A DNA stretch of 64,000 bases from Vitrella brassicaformis CCMP3155. Its lineage: Eukaryota; Protista; Chromerida. Below, one piece after another: positions 35,101 through 47,914 of the stretch. The stretch covers positions 124,001-188,000 of the forward strand of contig CDMY01000635.1 of assembly GCA_001179505.1 (NCBI GenBank), given 5' to 3'. Under the pieces are notes generated by a model, which was given only the letters and a program-made list of their open reading frames with translations, searched no databases and was not told the DNA's origin. Within the stretch, counting starts at the first letter, position 1; every line of letters starts with the position of its first letter. The position numbers and the translations under genes are program-made.

Positions 35101-37548
35101 CCTGTTTTGGGGCAGCCTTGGGGGTGTTCGGCTGTGATGCCACCGACCTTTCAGACCCCCCCCCCCCCCCCCCCCNNNNNNNNNNNNNNNNNNNNNNNNN
35201 NNNNNNNNNNNNNNNNNNNNNNNNNNNNNNNNNNNNNNNNNNNNNNNNNNNNNNNNNNNNNNNNNNNNNNNNNNNNNNNNNNNNNNNNNNNNNNNNNNNN
35301 NNNNNNNNNNNNNNNNNNNNNNNNNNNNNNNNNNNNNNNNNNNNNNNNNNNNNNNNNNNNNNNNNNNNNNNNNNNNNNNNNNNNNNNNNNNNNNNNNNNN
35401 NNNNNNNNNNNNNNNNNNNNNNNNNNNNNNNNNNNNNNNNNNNNNNNNNNNNNNNNNNNNNNNNNNNNNNNNNNNCCCCCCCCCCCCCCCCACACACACA
35501 CACATTGTGCCTTGTGGTGTGCCTGCCATCATTGGCCTCACCGACCTCAGCAAAGACGTCGTAGAGTCGACTTGGCAGGACGGCCGTGTGGACGCGGTAG
35601 TTGAGGCACGACAGGATCATTCCTTCCTGCTGGCTCAGCCGCTTGACCTGCCGACTCGCCTCGGCCGCATCGCACTGAGTGTAGATGGACAGGAACGCAC
35701 TCGTCATGGACACAACCTCACTGCATAATAAACAACAACACACAGAGCAGTGAAGTGGCTTGGCTGTCTGTGTGTGTGATGCCTTGTGTTGTGTGCCGTG
35801 CACGTCTGTCTATCTGTCACCCCTTGATGTCGTCGTCGTGGCTTTTGCAGGCCAGGAGCAGGAACTGACACACACATACACACACACACACGAGACACAG
35901 AGAGATGGGCGGCCCCCGTCATGTGTGTGTGTGCGTGTGTCTGTTACGTTTGGCGTCATGAGGCCTATCTCGCTCGGCGTGAGGGCAATGTTGGTCTTGG
36001 CACAGAAGCTGTCCATCAAATTGATGGAAAGCTCAAAGACAGTAGGACCGCTCAGCGACAGACCACGACACGCCTCACACACATACACGCAGCCATGACA
36101 CTCACAAGTGGCGGTTGGTCGTGTCAGTGGTGGATTGCGATCATGCATGCCTTGAGCAGATGGCCGACGAACACGGAACGACGCTCGCGAGTCACAGTGC
36201 GCTGGCAACAGACAGATCGACACACAGCCAGCCATGTCGCTATCTGCTTTCCTCAATTGGTTTCCGTGTGCATCCTTAGTTACGAGGCAGAAATCAGACA
36301 TGGGGCCAGACACCAAGTGCGGGTCCTTCTCGCGAGACATCAAAACTGAATCACACACCAACACACCCACGCAGAGATTGACAAGTGCACACCAACTCGT
36401 GCAGACCTTCAACGAGTTGCATGAGGTCGTGTCTCTCATTCTCGGTGTGTGTCTCGTTCTCGGCGTGTGTGTCCTGCTCGGTCTCGACCTCGACGGTGCT
36501 TGCCGCCGTCGAGGACACGAACGACACACGCTGAGCACAACGAGACACACGGTGAGCACATCCAAATTTCGATGGCTTGCTTTGCTTACCTTGAGGGGTT
36601 TGGAGACTTCGCTCGAGCTGCTGCTGCGACGCATCACACTCGACATCGGCACCACACTGCCCTTGAGCTCGAGGACAGTCTCCTCGACGGCTGACATGAT
36701 CGATCAGATTGATTGATGGTCCACTCTGTCTGTGTCTCCTGTGTGCAAGAGCCACTCAATCACAAGAAGAACCGGAGCAAACACCAAACCAACAACTTGC
36801 AACAGCGAAGAGGACAAAAGCGAGTACATGTGTGTACACATGCGTAGATACAGACGAACACAAGCTGTAGGCTGTAGACTGTACATGAGTGTCATCACAT
36901 CCATCCAAGCAGAGGTGGTCATGTGTTGTTGTCATTCTCTGCTTCTTGATGCATGAATGCCAACAGTTGGTTCATCATGTCAATGAGTCTTCCGACCGAA
37001 ACACTCGCGGCCGTCGTCCGAGACGAGGAGTTTCGCATCCTCTTTTTCAGTTGCTCCCTCAGTGACTTTATTCTGGCCTCCAGCAGCCGCACCTTTCCGT
37101 GCAGCTCGGCCTCCCCCGCTTTGTAGCCAACCTCACACTCATTCATTGGGGCCTCTGTTCGCGGCTGTGTCTCCTCTGCTGGTCGCTGTGCCTCCGTCAG
37201 CTGCCTCTGCAGGTCCTCCACCTCCTTGATCTTCTCCGCCAGTGCCGTCTCGCCACGGTGACACTCTTCCTTCAGCCGCTCCACCTCCGACGTCAGCTCC
37301 ATCAGCTGCTCTGCTTGGTCGGGGGCGAGTGCCTCCGACTTGGCAGAAGGCGACTCCTGAGCCTTCTCGTACAGCTCTATCTGCGCTCGGGCGGCAGCGT
37401 AGTCGTCCGACATCTTCTTGTAGTCTTCCGATACCTTTTTGTAGAACTCGAAAATCTGAGCTGAGTAGGACTGCAGCTGCTCATTGTGGGCCTGGAGCTG
37501 TCCGACACGGTCCTCCAGCTCTTTGATGCGCTGCTCGCTGTCCTCCAT
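34489..37548 (-). CDS. Divergent cyclin (Cyclin_N plus Cyclin_C) probably joined to an N-terminal coiled-coil exon (alternative start 36697); spans the gap at 35176-35475
   Basis: Spliced RERRSVFVGHLLK|ACRGLSLSGPTVFELSINLMDSFCAK..|FLLLACKSHDD..QEGMILSCLNYRVH is a cyclin box. YLLEMSLIEGLHLDFFLSTLAASC..WTDELTTVT..KDELAMCAREVIKLH fits Cyclin_C. Confidence 0.7.
35156..35491. other. Assembly gap (35176-35475) flanked by poly-C (20 C and 16 C)
   Basis: Seen directly. Confidence 1.
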
Positions 37549-40095
37549 ATCAGCATACGAGAAGGGGAGGGAAGGAAGAAACCGCCGTCTCGGGGGCCGC
37601 TGAAGCCGTTGGGTTCCGCTAAAGCCGTTGGGTTGGATCGAGTGACCATCATTCAACCTTACAAAGTCAGGCTGTCCACGGAAGACACACACACACACAC
37701 ACACACACAGCGCCTGTCGTCGGCGGAAAATACAGATCACGGCAACTTAGCTGAGAGAGTTAACCGAGGCTGTGCCCCTGTCTGCACGCTGAATGGCTGA
37801 CTGTAGGTACACGTGTGATGCATCCATCGATCGATGTATGTATTACACATTACATATTATGCACTCACTCGCTCGGCCGCCATATGTCCGCTCACGCCCT
37901 CGTCGCCTCTACAAGATACCACTCTCTCCACCAGCAAGTCGATCGGTCAAAAATGGAGGCAGTCAGTCAGTCACTGTGGGGCACCCGGGAAAGAGTGGAT
38001 GGGTGCATGGACAGATATGCATGAAAAAGACGCTGGTATGCAAATCCAGCCGGCCGCCCTCGGTCGTGAAAACACATGCAACCATCATCCATCGGTGTGT
38101 CGGCCGGTGCACTCCGGCAGGCAGGCAGTACTGTGTATGTGCGTGTGTGCATGGGCGGGCTGTCATGGCCACTTGCGCATTCGGGAGTGGGTCCAACAGC
38201 CCGCCCGTTGATGTGTTGGATGCATGGCATGGCATGGCGGGGGGGTTGGCTGGGTGCACCAGTCAGTCAAGCCGACCACACCGCACCACACCGCACCGGT
38301 CATAGCATACAGCAGCGAGAAAATGGATACATAGTGCTAGCAACCTATGACAGACACGGAAAAAAATCGGACAGATCGTCACGGGATCAGTCACGGGACA
38401 GTGAATGAATGAATGAATGCATGTATGTATCCATCAACGCAGGCAGGCAGGCAGGGAGCCATGAGTCGAGCAGGCGAGTTGTGGGAGGCGGGTGTGATGT
38501 GATGTAACGGCATCCATCCATCGCACCGCACCCGCCTCACCTAAAATAAAGCACAAAGGGCGGTAAAGGACATCTGTGCCGAGGGAGGGACACGACTACA
38601 AATTCTCAGCCAGCTGTGCAGAGCCGTATCCCTCTACAAGTGATGTGCCCCGTGGGCACGCACGCAGGCGTGCAGACAGATACATACGCACCCATCACAC
38701 ACACAGTCACACACCAGCCCCACCGCACCCCACCCCACCCCTCTCTGTTGCCCGCTGAATTAAACCTCACATCACAGACACCACACATGCAGTTGTGCAT
38801 CATTTATACATGTAAGTGTGCAGCAGGCTGCCTCGCAGCGATTCTCTCACGTGACGAGAGCCCACCCGCCGCTCCCGTAAGCAACACACACACATCCATC
38901 CATCCATGGTGCAATGGAGCTTCAAAATACCTGAGGGTCTCCCCCTCTGTCTGTGTGCTAATTAAAAGTATGCATGATGGATGCAATGCACCAGCACATC
39001 GTGTCGGAAGCACACAGACGACGCGGGATGAGGCGAGAGGAGACAGACAATTCGTCACACACAGATCACCAACCAACGTACCGATCGATATGTCCCTAGC
39101 TACCTATCATTCAGTCAGGCCAACCGAGGAGGTAGGTATGTATCCATGTGTGTGTGTGTATGTGTGCATCAATTATTCTATCGTGTGGCAGCCCGCCGAA
39201 AAATCGTGAAAGGCACTGACGAAGCCAAAACGCCAAAACGACTGAAGGAGCTTTAGCGACGTCACACACAGACAATCGACGACAGACAGACACCCAGAGA
39301 GTAACCGGCGGACGGGACTGCACGGCCCGCATCCATGGAGACAGACATGGCACTCGGCACGGCAAGCAAAAGGGCAAGATGGAGGGAGCGAGGGAGAGCG
39401 CTAGCTAAAACGACCCACCTACATTCACACACATCGAGCGATCGATCACCCACCAGCCAGCCAGCCAGCCAGCCGCGTCCCGTCCGTTCTCCATGCACGC
39501 ACGCACGCATCCACTGCATGCCATGCAGCGCCAAGTGCAGACTGGTTGCATTGAATGCAATGCATGCATCACGACGACATGACACGACAGACGACAGGAA
39601 AATAAAAGGGAGGTGCTCTTGAGGCACACATGTACGTCGATCTCGCTGGCTGGCTGGCTGGCTGGCTGGCCGTGCTGCTCAGTCGTCTTCCTCACTCTTG
39701 GCAAAGGCACTCTAACAACCAAGTGTGCCTGTCTGTCTGTCTGTCTGCTGAGGAGTTCGACTGGCACTGCTCGACGGCGAAGATGCACCTCTCTGTAGTC
39801 GATTAGTGACCTGCAACGCATCTTCACACGAGGCAGACATAGAATCGCGCTTGCTCCCATGAATGTGTGCATCCTCCGCCCCTCCACACACCGGTCGATC
39901 CATCCATCCATCCCCCAGCAAACAAAAACGCCATGGACCGCAAAAAGAAGACAAGAAGCGAAAACACTCCACCAGCACACGACCAAAGTAAACACCGACA
40001 GACACGCGGCAGTGCGGGTGGACCTACAAATGAGATCACGCGCACTGGCCGTCCCACGCACACGCTGATGGGGAAGGGAACTCGGCGGATGAGTT

Positions 40096-40179
40096 TCATG
40101 AAGTCCTTTTGGTGAAGAGGTTGGCCACGCCGTCCAGCTGGGCCGCAGACAGAATGCAGCTCTCGTCCTCTGCACCAGG

Positions 40180-40210
<31 letters not shown>

Positions 40211-43200
40211 GCAATGAGCGATGTGGGTGTGTGAAACGCGACGCTTTTGTGGGCGGCTGACCTCTGAGCACGGGGAGCAGTTCGTTCATGAGTATGGGGT
40301 TGAGCCCCCTGAGCGCCCCCACACCGCCACGCCCCGACTCCAACACGTCCATACCATCAGTCACAAACAACTGGAGACTGCACCGACACACACACAAATC
40401 AGCGTGCATTCGGTCCCTTGTCTCTTCGGCACCCCTTTGCTGTGCATACCCCTCATCGAGTGTGTGTGGCTGGAATATCCTGTTTTGGCAGAGGGCGAGG
40501 GCGAGCCTGAATGCAGCCAGCCTGTCCTTGGACTCCGGGAAGCGGCACCCCTGAACCATCAACTCACTCAATATCACCTGCAGGACGGCGGAGACACAGA
40601 GGAGATCGATGCAGAGACAGAAATGGACACTGGCTGGCTGGCTGGCTGGCTGTCGACTGACCTTTTGGTATGGCACTGGTATTTTGAGCTGTTTGAAGTT
40701 GCCGAGCGCGTTGTTCAAACTCTCGTCAGACGCCTGTTGGACACGGCAGACGGACAGCTACAATGCTTGCTGCCGTCTGCTCTCCTTCCTTCTTGCCACG
40801 GCCTACTCACCATCATATTGAGAATCGACGTCGCATCATTGCGATAACGCTGGAGCTTCTCAACCTCCTACAGACACAGCAGCCAGAGCCCCCCATGGCG
40901 TACCCAGCCAATTCCCCTCCTCTCATCCTTCGTCCTACCTCAGCGGTGATGGCATTGATGGGCTGTGGGGGCGCATGCTGTGGCGGCTGCGGCACCGGCA
41001 TCCCACCCATGCCGCCACCACCCCCGCCCATGTGTGGGAAGGGCGGCGGCGCCTCCCCGTCATAGTAGCCATACGTCTTCATGCCCTCGAGGGGCGACGC
41101 AGGCGTCCCCGGGATGCCCACACTGAGGGAGCGTTCCCTCCTGCCACCCATGACCTCCAAGCCGCCCTCTCGCGGAGGGTTGCGGTGGTTGATGCCCAGA
41201 CCGCGAGGGCCGCCGAAGAAACCGCCGCCCCCGGGGAAGCCTTGTGGGTCGCCGCCACCATGCTGTAACTGCAGGTGGTGCTGTTGCATGCGTGTGTCTT
41301 CGCCGAGGAGCGAGTTGATCCAGTCAGGTTCGTTGACGGGTCCGCCGTGGGGCGACTCCTCCAGGCCGGGAGGGGGCGTCTGCATGCCCATCGGACGCTG
41401 AATTTATCCAAATACGACACAGAGAGGACGGACGGATGAAACGGTAGTGCTGGACAGAGCTGTGTGAAGGTATGGGTGAATGGGTGGGTACCGACCTACC
41501 TGCATGGATCTGCCCTGTGGCGGTCCGCCGAGCCCCGGAGGAGGACCCATAGCACGACGAGGACCCCCGCTGCAGTGCACACACATACACAATACAATAC
41601 AGCAACAGTCGCTCATCGGTGCGTCAGCCCGTCATGTTGTTTTGGTGCTTTTCTTGTCGTGCACTGTGCTGTGCTCACCCTGGTGGGTGTTGCGGCGGCA
41701 TGACGTCGAGATACATCCTGTTGCCGCCGGAGGGGGCAGACGGGCCGGGCGGAGGCTTGGGCAACGGCGGACGGGGCGAAGTCTGCGGACACACAATATA
41801 CAAGATACAAAGACAGAAAAGACGTTCACTTCTCATTCATTCACCCCTTTCCAATTCCTTCATTTACCTGTGGTTCACTAGCCCCTTGCTGTGCCTGCTG
41901 CCCAAAGCCCGGTGGCGCCCCGATGCCCGGCGGGGGCGGGGGCGGCTGCTGCTGCTGCTGCTGCTGACCACCTGGGTGCCCATGGTGGCCGTGGTAGCCG
42001 CCCTTCTGCTGGTGCTGCGGGGGGATGGGTGGTGGATAACCACCGCTGCCCCCGCCGCCAGGAGGGTGTTGCTGTGGCATGCCGTGGTGTCCGTGTGGCT
42101 GTGGGCCGCCTCTGTCGCCCTCCCTCTGCGATGGGAGGAGTCCCCCGCCGCCCATGCCGCCCACGACGTGTGAACTCCATGACCTGGGACGGTCCTTGCC
42201 GCCCGGACCTGGCGCAGCGAACTGGGGCGGCAGCGTCACCTCCAACACCTCGGCAGCTGAAGCAAGGAACGGGTAGATAGAGAACGTCGATGTGTCTTTG
42301 CGTCGGTGTGTGTGCGGTTGGTTGTTTTACATACCGAGTGTGAGTGAGTCTTCCTGTCTGTTGATTTCGTCTCCCAGTGCGCAGAAGTCGGTGAATCCGT
42401 CCCACGGCGTCTCGAAGAAGTTGTGCAGCCTCGGACCCCTCTTGGTGTTGCCCATCTGCAGGCAGAACCGAACCGTCGTCGGCGTCGGAGTCTGACACAG
42501 AGCAGGGAGACACACAGATGATAAGATGATCCCCATCCAACATGTTTGGCGTCTCCCTCTTTCTGTGCTCATGAATGACACACCGTGAAGAATATTCCGC
42601 ATCTGAATTTCTCGACATCGCTCATACTGGCGTTAGCCGGTGCGATGGCGGGGTTGCCGTCGCCTCCTGGCAGGTGTGGGTAGTTGGGCCCTGAGGGAGT
42701 GGGGCCGACTGGGTTGATGGTCAGCTGCAGCCGCACCTCACCCAAACCACACGTGGTCAGGAAGGGGGGCGACACCAGACACTCCGTCGCACTGATGCGG
42801 GGGGGCAGCTGGTGGTTGATGGACAGACAGACAGACAGACAGACAAGACAAGACAACAGTGAGCTAGGTATGGTATACAGTGTTTGCCGCTGATTTCTGG
42901 TATACCATACCTACATACCTGTGAGATTTTGTTGATTCTCCATTCTATTCTCTGGAGTATGTTAGGGTCCGCCAGCTCCGCAGACACGTCGGGCTGGTAC
43001 GTCGGGTCAACCAACAGCAACGGACGACTCCTACACACATATGATACACGCGCACCGGGTCCCGACATACATCATGACACCACTCTCCACTCACTCGCCA
43101 GCCCGCCCCGCCCTCTCAGCCTTCCTTTCTTACCCATGGAGCATATCTTCGACATTCTTCTGCCCCGCCGCAGAGGCCAGCGCCCTCGCTGCCGACGCAC

Positions 43201-44473
43201 TTGCGGCCGATGCACTGCCCATCCCAGGGGCCTCGGGAGGCGGGGCAACCGGTGCCCTCGCCGCGGCAGGTGCAGGCATGGGCGGAATGTTCATGCCCCC
43301 GCCGACCCCGCCGCCGACGGGCTGCTGGCCCTCCTCGGCTATCCCCACGGCCATGTGTCGCAGCGGTTTGAGGTCGTCGGACTTGGCCCGAATGCGGCCG
43401 CCTGGTCCGGCGGCCATGACGGCCCCCGGTGTGCGATGGAGCTGGAAAAATCCCCCCCGCCACGGCGCCACGCCGCCCATCTGCATGGGCAGGGGCAGCC
43501 CGCCTGGCCCTGCTGGGCCGGTGGTGTCGAAGGTGATCTGGATGTCGCCGTTGGCAGAGGAGGAAGAGGAAAAGTCACCAGGCATCTGCAGACAGAAGAA
43601 CAACCAACCGGATGAGCATGAGACCGCATGAACATAGGTGTGTTTGTTATCTTCTTCCCTCCCGCCCTCCCTCCTCGCTCTTGCTTGTACTGACTGACCC
43701 TTGCAGCTTGTCGCGGTGCCACCGGCTGGCCGGTGAAGGATCCCGTGCTTGTGGCGTCCCCGGACCCCGATGCAGAGGCCGTGGTGGATGGCCCGGAGGA
43801 GGCGTCAATCAGACCCGCCAGGCCCGGCGCGAACGACGGCTGGCCGAAGGGATGCCCACTGCCGCCATTCGACGGCTGACTGAACCCGTACTCGTCATTC
43901 TGACACACACCACACCACACCACCAGAGAAACACAGAAAGGAAGGAGACACTCCCGCATGTGTGGATGTTTCACCGTACGTCACTCACTCACTCACCGAC
44001 ATGCTCCTGGCCTCCTTGACGAGCGGCATGCCCGCCTGCATGGCCCCGCCAATGCCCACACCACCACCACCACCACCGGCACCGGCGGGCGGTTCAATGC
44101 CACCTCTGTCGCCGGGAGCGGGGCCAGCAGCAGGAGGTGCGCCGGGAGCGTTGAACAGCTGTGCGTTGTGTTGTGGCTGCGACTGTGCTTGCAGGGGTGA
44201 GGGGAGGGGGAAGGGCAGCGGCAGGGTCGGGTTCACACGAAGGTGCTGCTTGATGGACGACAGCTCAGACCTGATAGGTAGATAGAGATCGAAGGGCGAG
44301 GAGATGCCAGGCGTGGACCGGACCCTCTATCTGTGTATCCATCCATCCATTGACTTACCTTAGGTCGAGCAGGTCCCTCCTGAGCGCACTGACTTCACTC
44401 CTGAGTGTCTGGTTCTCGGCACGCAGATTCTTCGACACGTCTGAACCGACGAACGAACGAACCAACAAACCAA

Positions 44474-44507
<34 letters not shown>

Positions 44508-45174
44508 TGGACCAGGGAGATGCAGTCAGTCAATCATTGGGACGTGCTGATGCGATGCAGCCCACCCTTGACGTGTGACTGCTGCTGCTTCTTCTCCTCC
44601 GCGAGGCTGAGAATGTGCCGAACCAGCAGCTCCTGCACGCCGTACTCAACATCTGCACCCATTCACACCCACATTCCCATCCATCCATCCGCCATATTGC
44701 CCGTTCTGTCTCATGGGCCACATCGGTTCTCCTCCCTCTCAGCTCACCATTCTCGCCCTCCTGTTCGTCATAGCGCCTCCCCGGCTGCGCGTGGTTGGCC
44801 TGCGGCTGCTTCCTCTCCTCCGGCCTGTCCGGCTGATCGTCCAAAGCCACCACAGTCTCGGGACTCTGGCCGCCCTCACCCTCGCCGTTGCCGTTGCCCT
44901 CGCCACCCCTCCCGCCGCCGGCAGCGCCCCCAGCGTCCCTCAGCGATGCCTCGAGCAGCTGAATCATGTCCTCAGGCCGCATTTTGCCCCTCCTGCTGCC
45001 GGCTGAGATCTTGGGTGGCTGGTCGGCCTCGTGTGATGTCACCGGTGTCCTGTCGGCGCCTGTGGGGGGGTCGGGGTGGGTCGTGCTGGCCTCTGTCGGC
45101 GGATCGGGTGAGACACTCCCGGCGGGAGCCGCTGGAGCCCTCCCGCCCGACGAGCTCTCGTGTGTCGTCATCAT
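40096..45174 (-). CDS. Coiled-coil + MATH/TRAF-like + Gly/Pro-rich + C-terminal MA3(MI)-like domain protein; multi-exon (alternative start 45303)
   Basis: MATH: RIEWRINKISQ|..LVSPPFLTTCGLGEVRLQLTINP..VRFCLQMGNTKRGPRLHNF..WDGFTDFCALGDEINRQEDSLTL. MA3: KLQRYRNDATSILNMM|ASDESLNNALGNFKQLKIP..|ILSELM..KDRLAAFRLALAL..LDEG|LQLFVTDGMDVLE. Stop TGA at 40096-40098. Confidence 0.7.
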
Positions 45175-45250
45175 GGTGACTACACAGTTGATCTCTGTTG
45201 TCTGTTCCACATGCGACAGCCTTTCTCGCGCCTCGCCCAGGATCGACGAC

Positions 45251-45259
45251 TGCGAGCTT
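45251..45259 (+). promoter_or_regulatory. TGCGAGCTT upstream motif (extends to AGCTG)
   Basis: 87 nt upstream of the PAO-like ATG (45347). Confidence 0.5.
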
Positions 45260-45346
45260 AGCTGAGAGCCGGAAGGGAATAAGATCCCGTGGTGCGGCGG
45301 CATTGCGGAAGGTTACCAAGGGGCGTGCTGAGGGCTTCCTGCATCA

Positions 45347-47853
45347 ATGGGCGAGGCAGCAGGGCCGTCGTTTGATTGGGGGAGGCAATGGTATCCCGTG
45401 AGTGTAGCCAAGCATCTCGACAAGCGGCTGCCGCAGAAGGTGACGCTGCATCCATCATGATGCTGTCCACTGTTCATTGCACACCAAGATGCATGCCATG
45501 TCGCCTCCCTCTTCTCTCTCTCTGCATGCAATGCATTGCAGGTCACGCTGCTCTCTGAGCACTTCGTCCTCTGGTGGGACAAGCAGCACCAGGCTTGGAA
45601 GGCGGCCAAAGATCAGTGCCCGCATCGGTACGGCAGGCAGGGGACACACAGACGCACTTTGCCTGCTCTGCATGGCTGAAAGACATCCCCGTGTGTCTGT
45701 CTGTCTGTCTGTTTGTCCGTGCGGCATGGTGCCATGCAGCCTTGCTCCGCTGTCTGAAGGGCGGTTCACCGAAGAGGGCCACCTGCAGTGCACATATCAC
45801 GGTTCGTCTGGATCATCCCACGCCTAAGTGCTTCAGTGCGTGCGTGAGAAGTTTGTTTGTTTGTCCTCCTCCTCCTCAGGGTGGCATTTTGATGGAGATG
45901 GCAAGTGTCGCGGCATTCCCCAGATAGAGGAGGTGTCGAAATGCAGCGCCCTCGACAACCCCCGCGCCCATCTGGAGGTCGTCCCGTGTCAGCTCAAGCA
46001 AGGCATCCTGTGGATCTTCCCTGACAGGTAGGTAGGCATACGTGACGTGCTGCTGTGCTCACGCGACGTTGCTCCATCCTCTCACACCTCTTGGTGCTTC
46101 ATCTATCTTTGTGCTTTGTGATGTGATTGCAATCAGCACTGCCGAGGGCCGTGAAGCGTCCCAGAGTGTCCAGCCGGCCACCGTCCCTGAGCTGGACGAT
46201 GGCCCACCAGGCCTCGTCGCCAGCCGCGACACAGGGCTGAAACGAACCATAGTACACTACAACTGGTGGGTGAGCCAGACCTGCCTGCAGATCCTTGCAC
46301 CGAACCGCATTTATATATGGTGGTATGCTGGCTGCTCAGGGACACGTTGATAGAGAACTTGGTGGATCCTTCTCACGTGCCGTGGGCCCACCACGGCATC
46401 CAGGGCGACCGCAAGAAGAGCAGACCCATCCCTTTGCAGCGGGCGAGCAAGCTCGAGACCGGCGGCTTCACCGTGTCGAGCAAAGCGACCTTGGGGCAGC
46501 TAAGGAGCGGCGACCCTGTGGAAATCGACAACACCATCCGCTTCAAGCCGCCCTGCCTCGTCATGTACGCCTTCAACCTCGCCGGCGTTGGCAAGATGCT
46601 CAGAGAAAAGTTCATCGTCAGGTGAGGGACCACAGACAGACGATAACATAACGGCACGCAGAATGAAGACAAGGGGTTTGGTTTATCCGGTGGATGGATG
46701 GATTGTGTGGTGTGTATGCCATATATGTATGCCATCCATATGGCCCTCACTCAGGTTGCTGTGTTCCCTCGGTTTGGGCCCCCGCGTTGCCGCTCTCGAC
46801 ACCGATGGCAGGTAGAAGTTGTATGTGGTGATAAAGCTCAATCGAGTGTACTCATACGACTTGTACGTCATATGCCATAGGAACATGTTCTACCTCATTC
46901 TGTATGCAATTCCGATAGAGCCCGGCAAGTCCATGGTCCTCAGCAGGTTCCCACGCAGCACCGGCAAAACATCACGACCGGAGTACAAAAGCACACAGAG
47001 CAGGCAGAGCGCTCCTCATGCGCATGAAGGAATCAACGACGGGTCGGTCTGTCTGTCTGTCTGTGTGTTCAGGTGGCATGACCATTTGGAGCGGATGGCG
47101 GTGCTGGACGGCGACTCGATTCATCTGCACTGGCAGGAGAGAATGATGCGCCTAAAGCCGGATGGTGACTATAGAGAGAGACACCGGAGCACAACACACA
47201 CACACAGACACACACATTTGACTGTTTGACTGATCGTTGGATGCAGGTGTGCGGCTCTTCGAGCAGTCTTACTACATGCCCGCCCAGGTGTGTTCGATTT
47301 GACGGACCACACCACACCATGCCGTGCGTCTGATGCCTCCCATGTGATTGGTGCATTGGTTCACGATTCCATAGGCTGACCTGGCCGTTCGTCTCTTCCG
47401 CAACTGGCTGGGCAACTACGGTGGTGGCCAGCCGTCATGGCTACAGGGCAGTGGCGAGCTCCCCCCTTTGCAGAGAGACAGGCGGATGATACTCGACCGA
47501 TGGCTGAACCATACTAAGGACTGCCCCTACTGCCGCACCGCGTAAGCGACTCACCCCCCCCGCTACACCTATGCACTCCTTCCCCAATTGCCGACCTCAC
47601 TGCTGGATGCAGGTTCTGTGTCTTCAAGTCGCTGCGCATCGTGAGCACGGCATTGGCTGTGTGTCTGCCCTTCACCGCCCTCGGCGTGATGCTGACCCAG
47701 ACGCTGCTGGCGCCCAAGGAGAGGGGCCGGGCGGTGAGTCTGAGTGGGTGGCTGTGTGCGGTGGCGTCGGTTGGAGGGGTGGCCGCCCCGCTGCTGGCCT
47801 CGGTGGAGCAGCGATATGTCTTCATCGACTATGTGCACGCACTCAGGAAGTGA
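45347..47853 (+). CDS. Pheophorbide a oxygenase/TIC55/PTC52-family Rieske oxygenase; multi-exon
   Basis: FDWGRQWYPV; Rieske motif DQCPHR|LAPLSEGR..LQCTYHG|W; mononuclear iron site ENLVDPSHVPWAHH; WHDHLERMAVLDGD; HTKDCPYC; C-terminal TM helices and FIDYVHA. Confidence 0.9.
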
Positions 47854-47914
47854 AGTGAGAGAGGGAGGGTAGGGAGGGTTTCTCGTCTATTCGATGGATG
47901 GGGCTTGGCTTGGG

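Noticed and set aside
37400-37480. YKKMSDDYAAARAQIELYEKA resembling the PPP1R21 KLRAQ motif
   Set aside because: Generic coiled-coil similarity; the downstream exons encode a cyclin fold.
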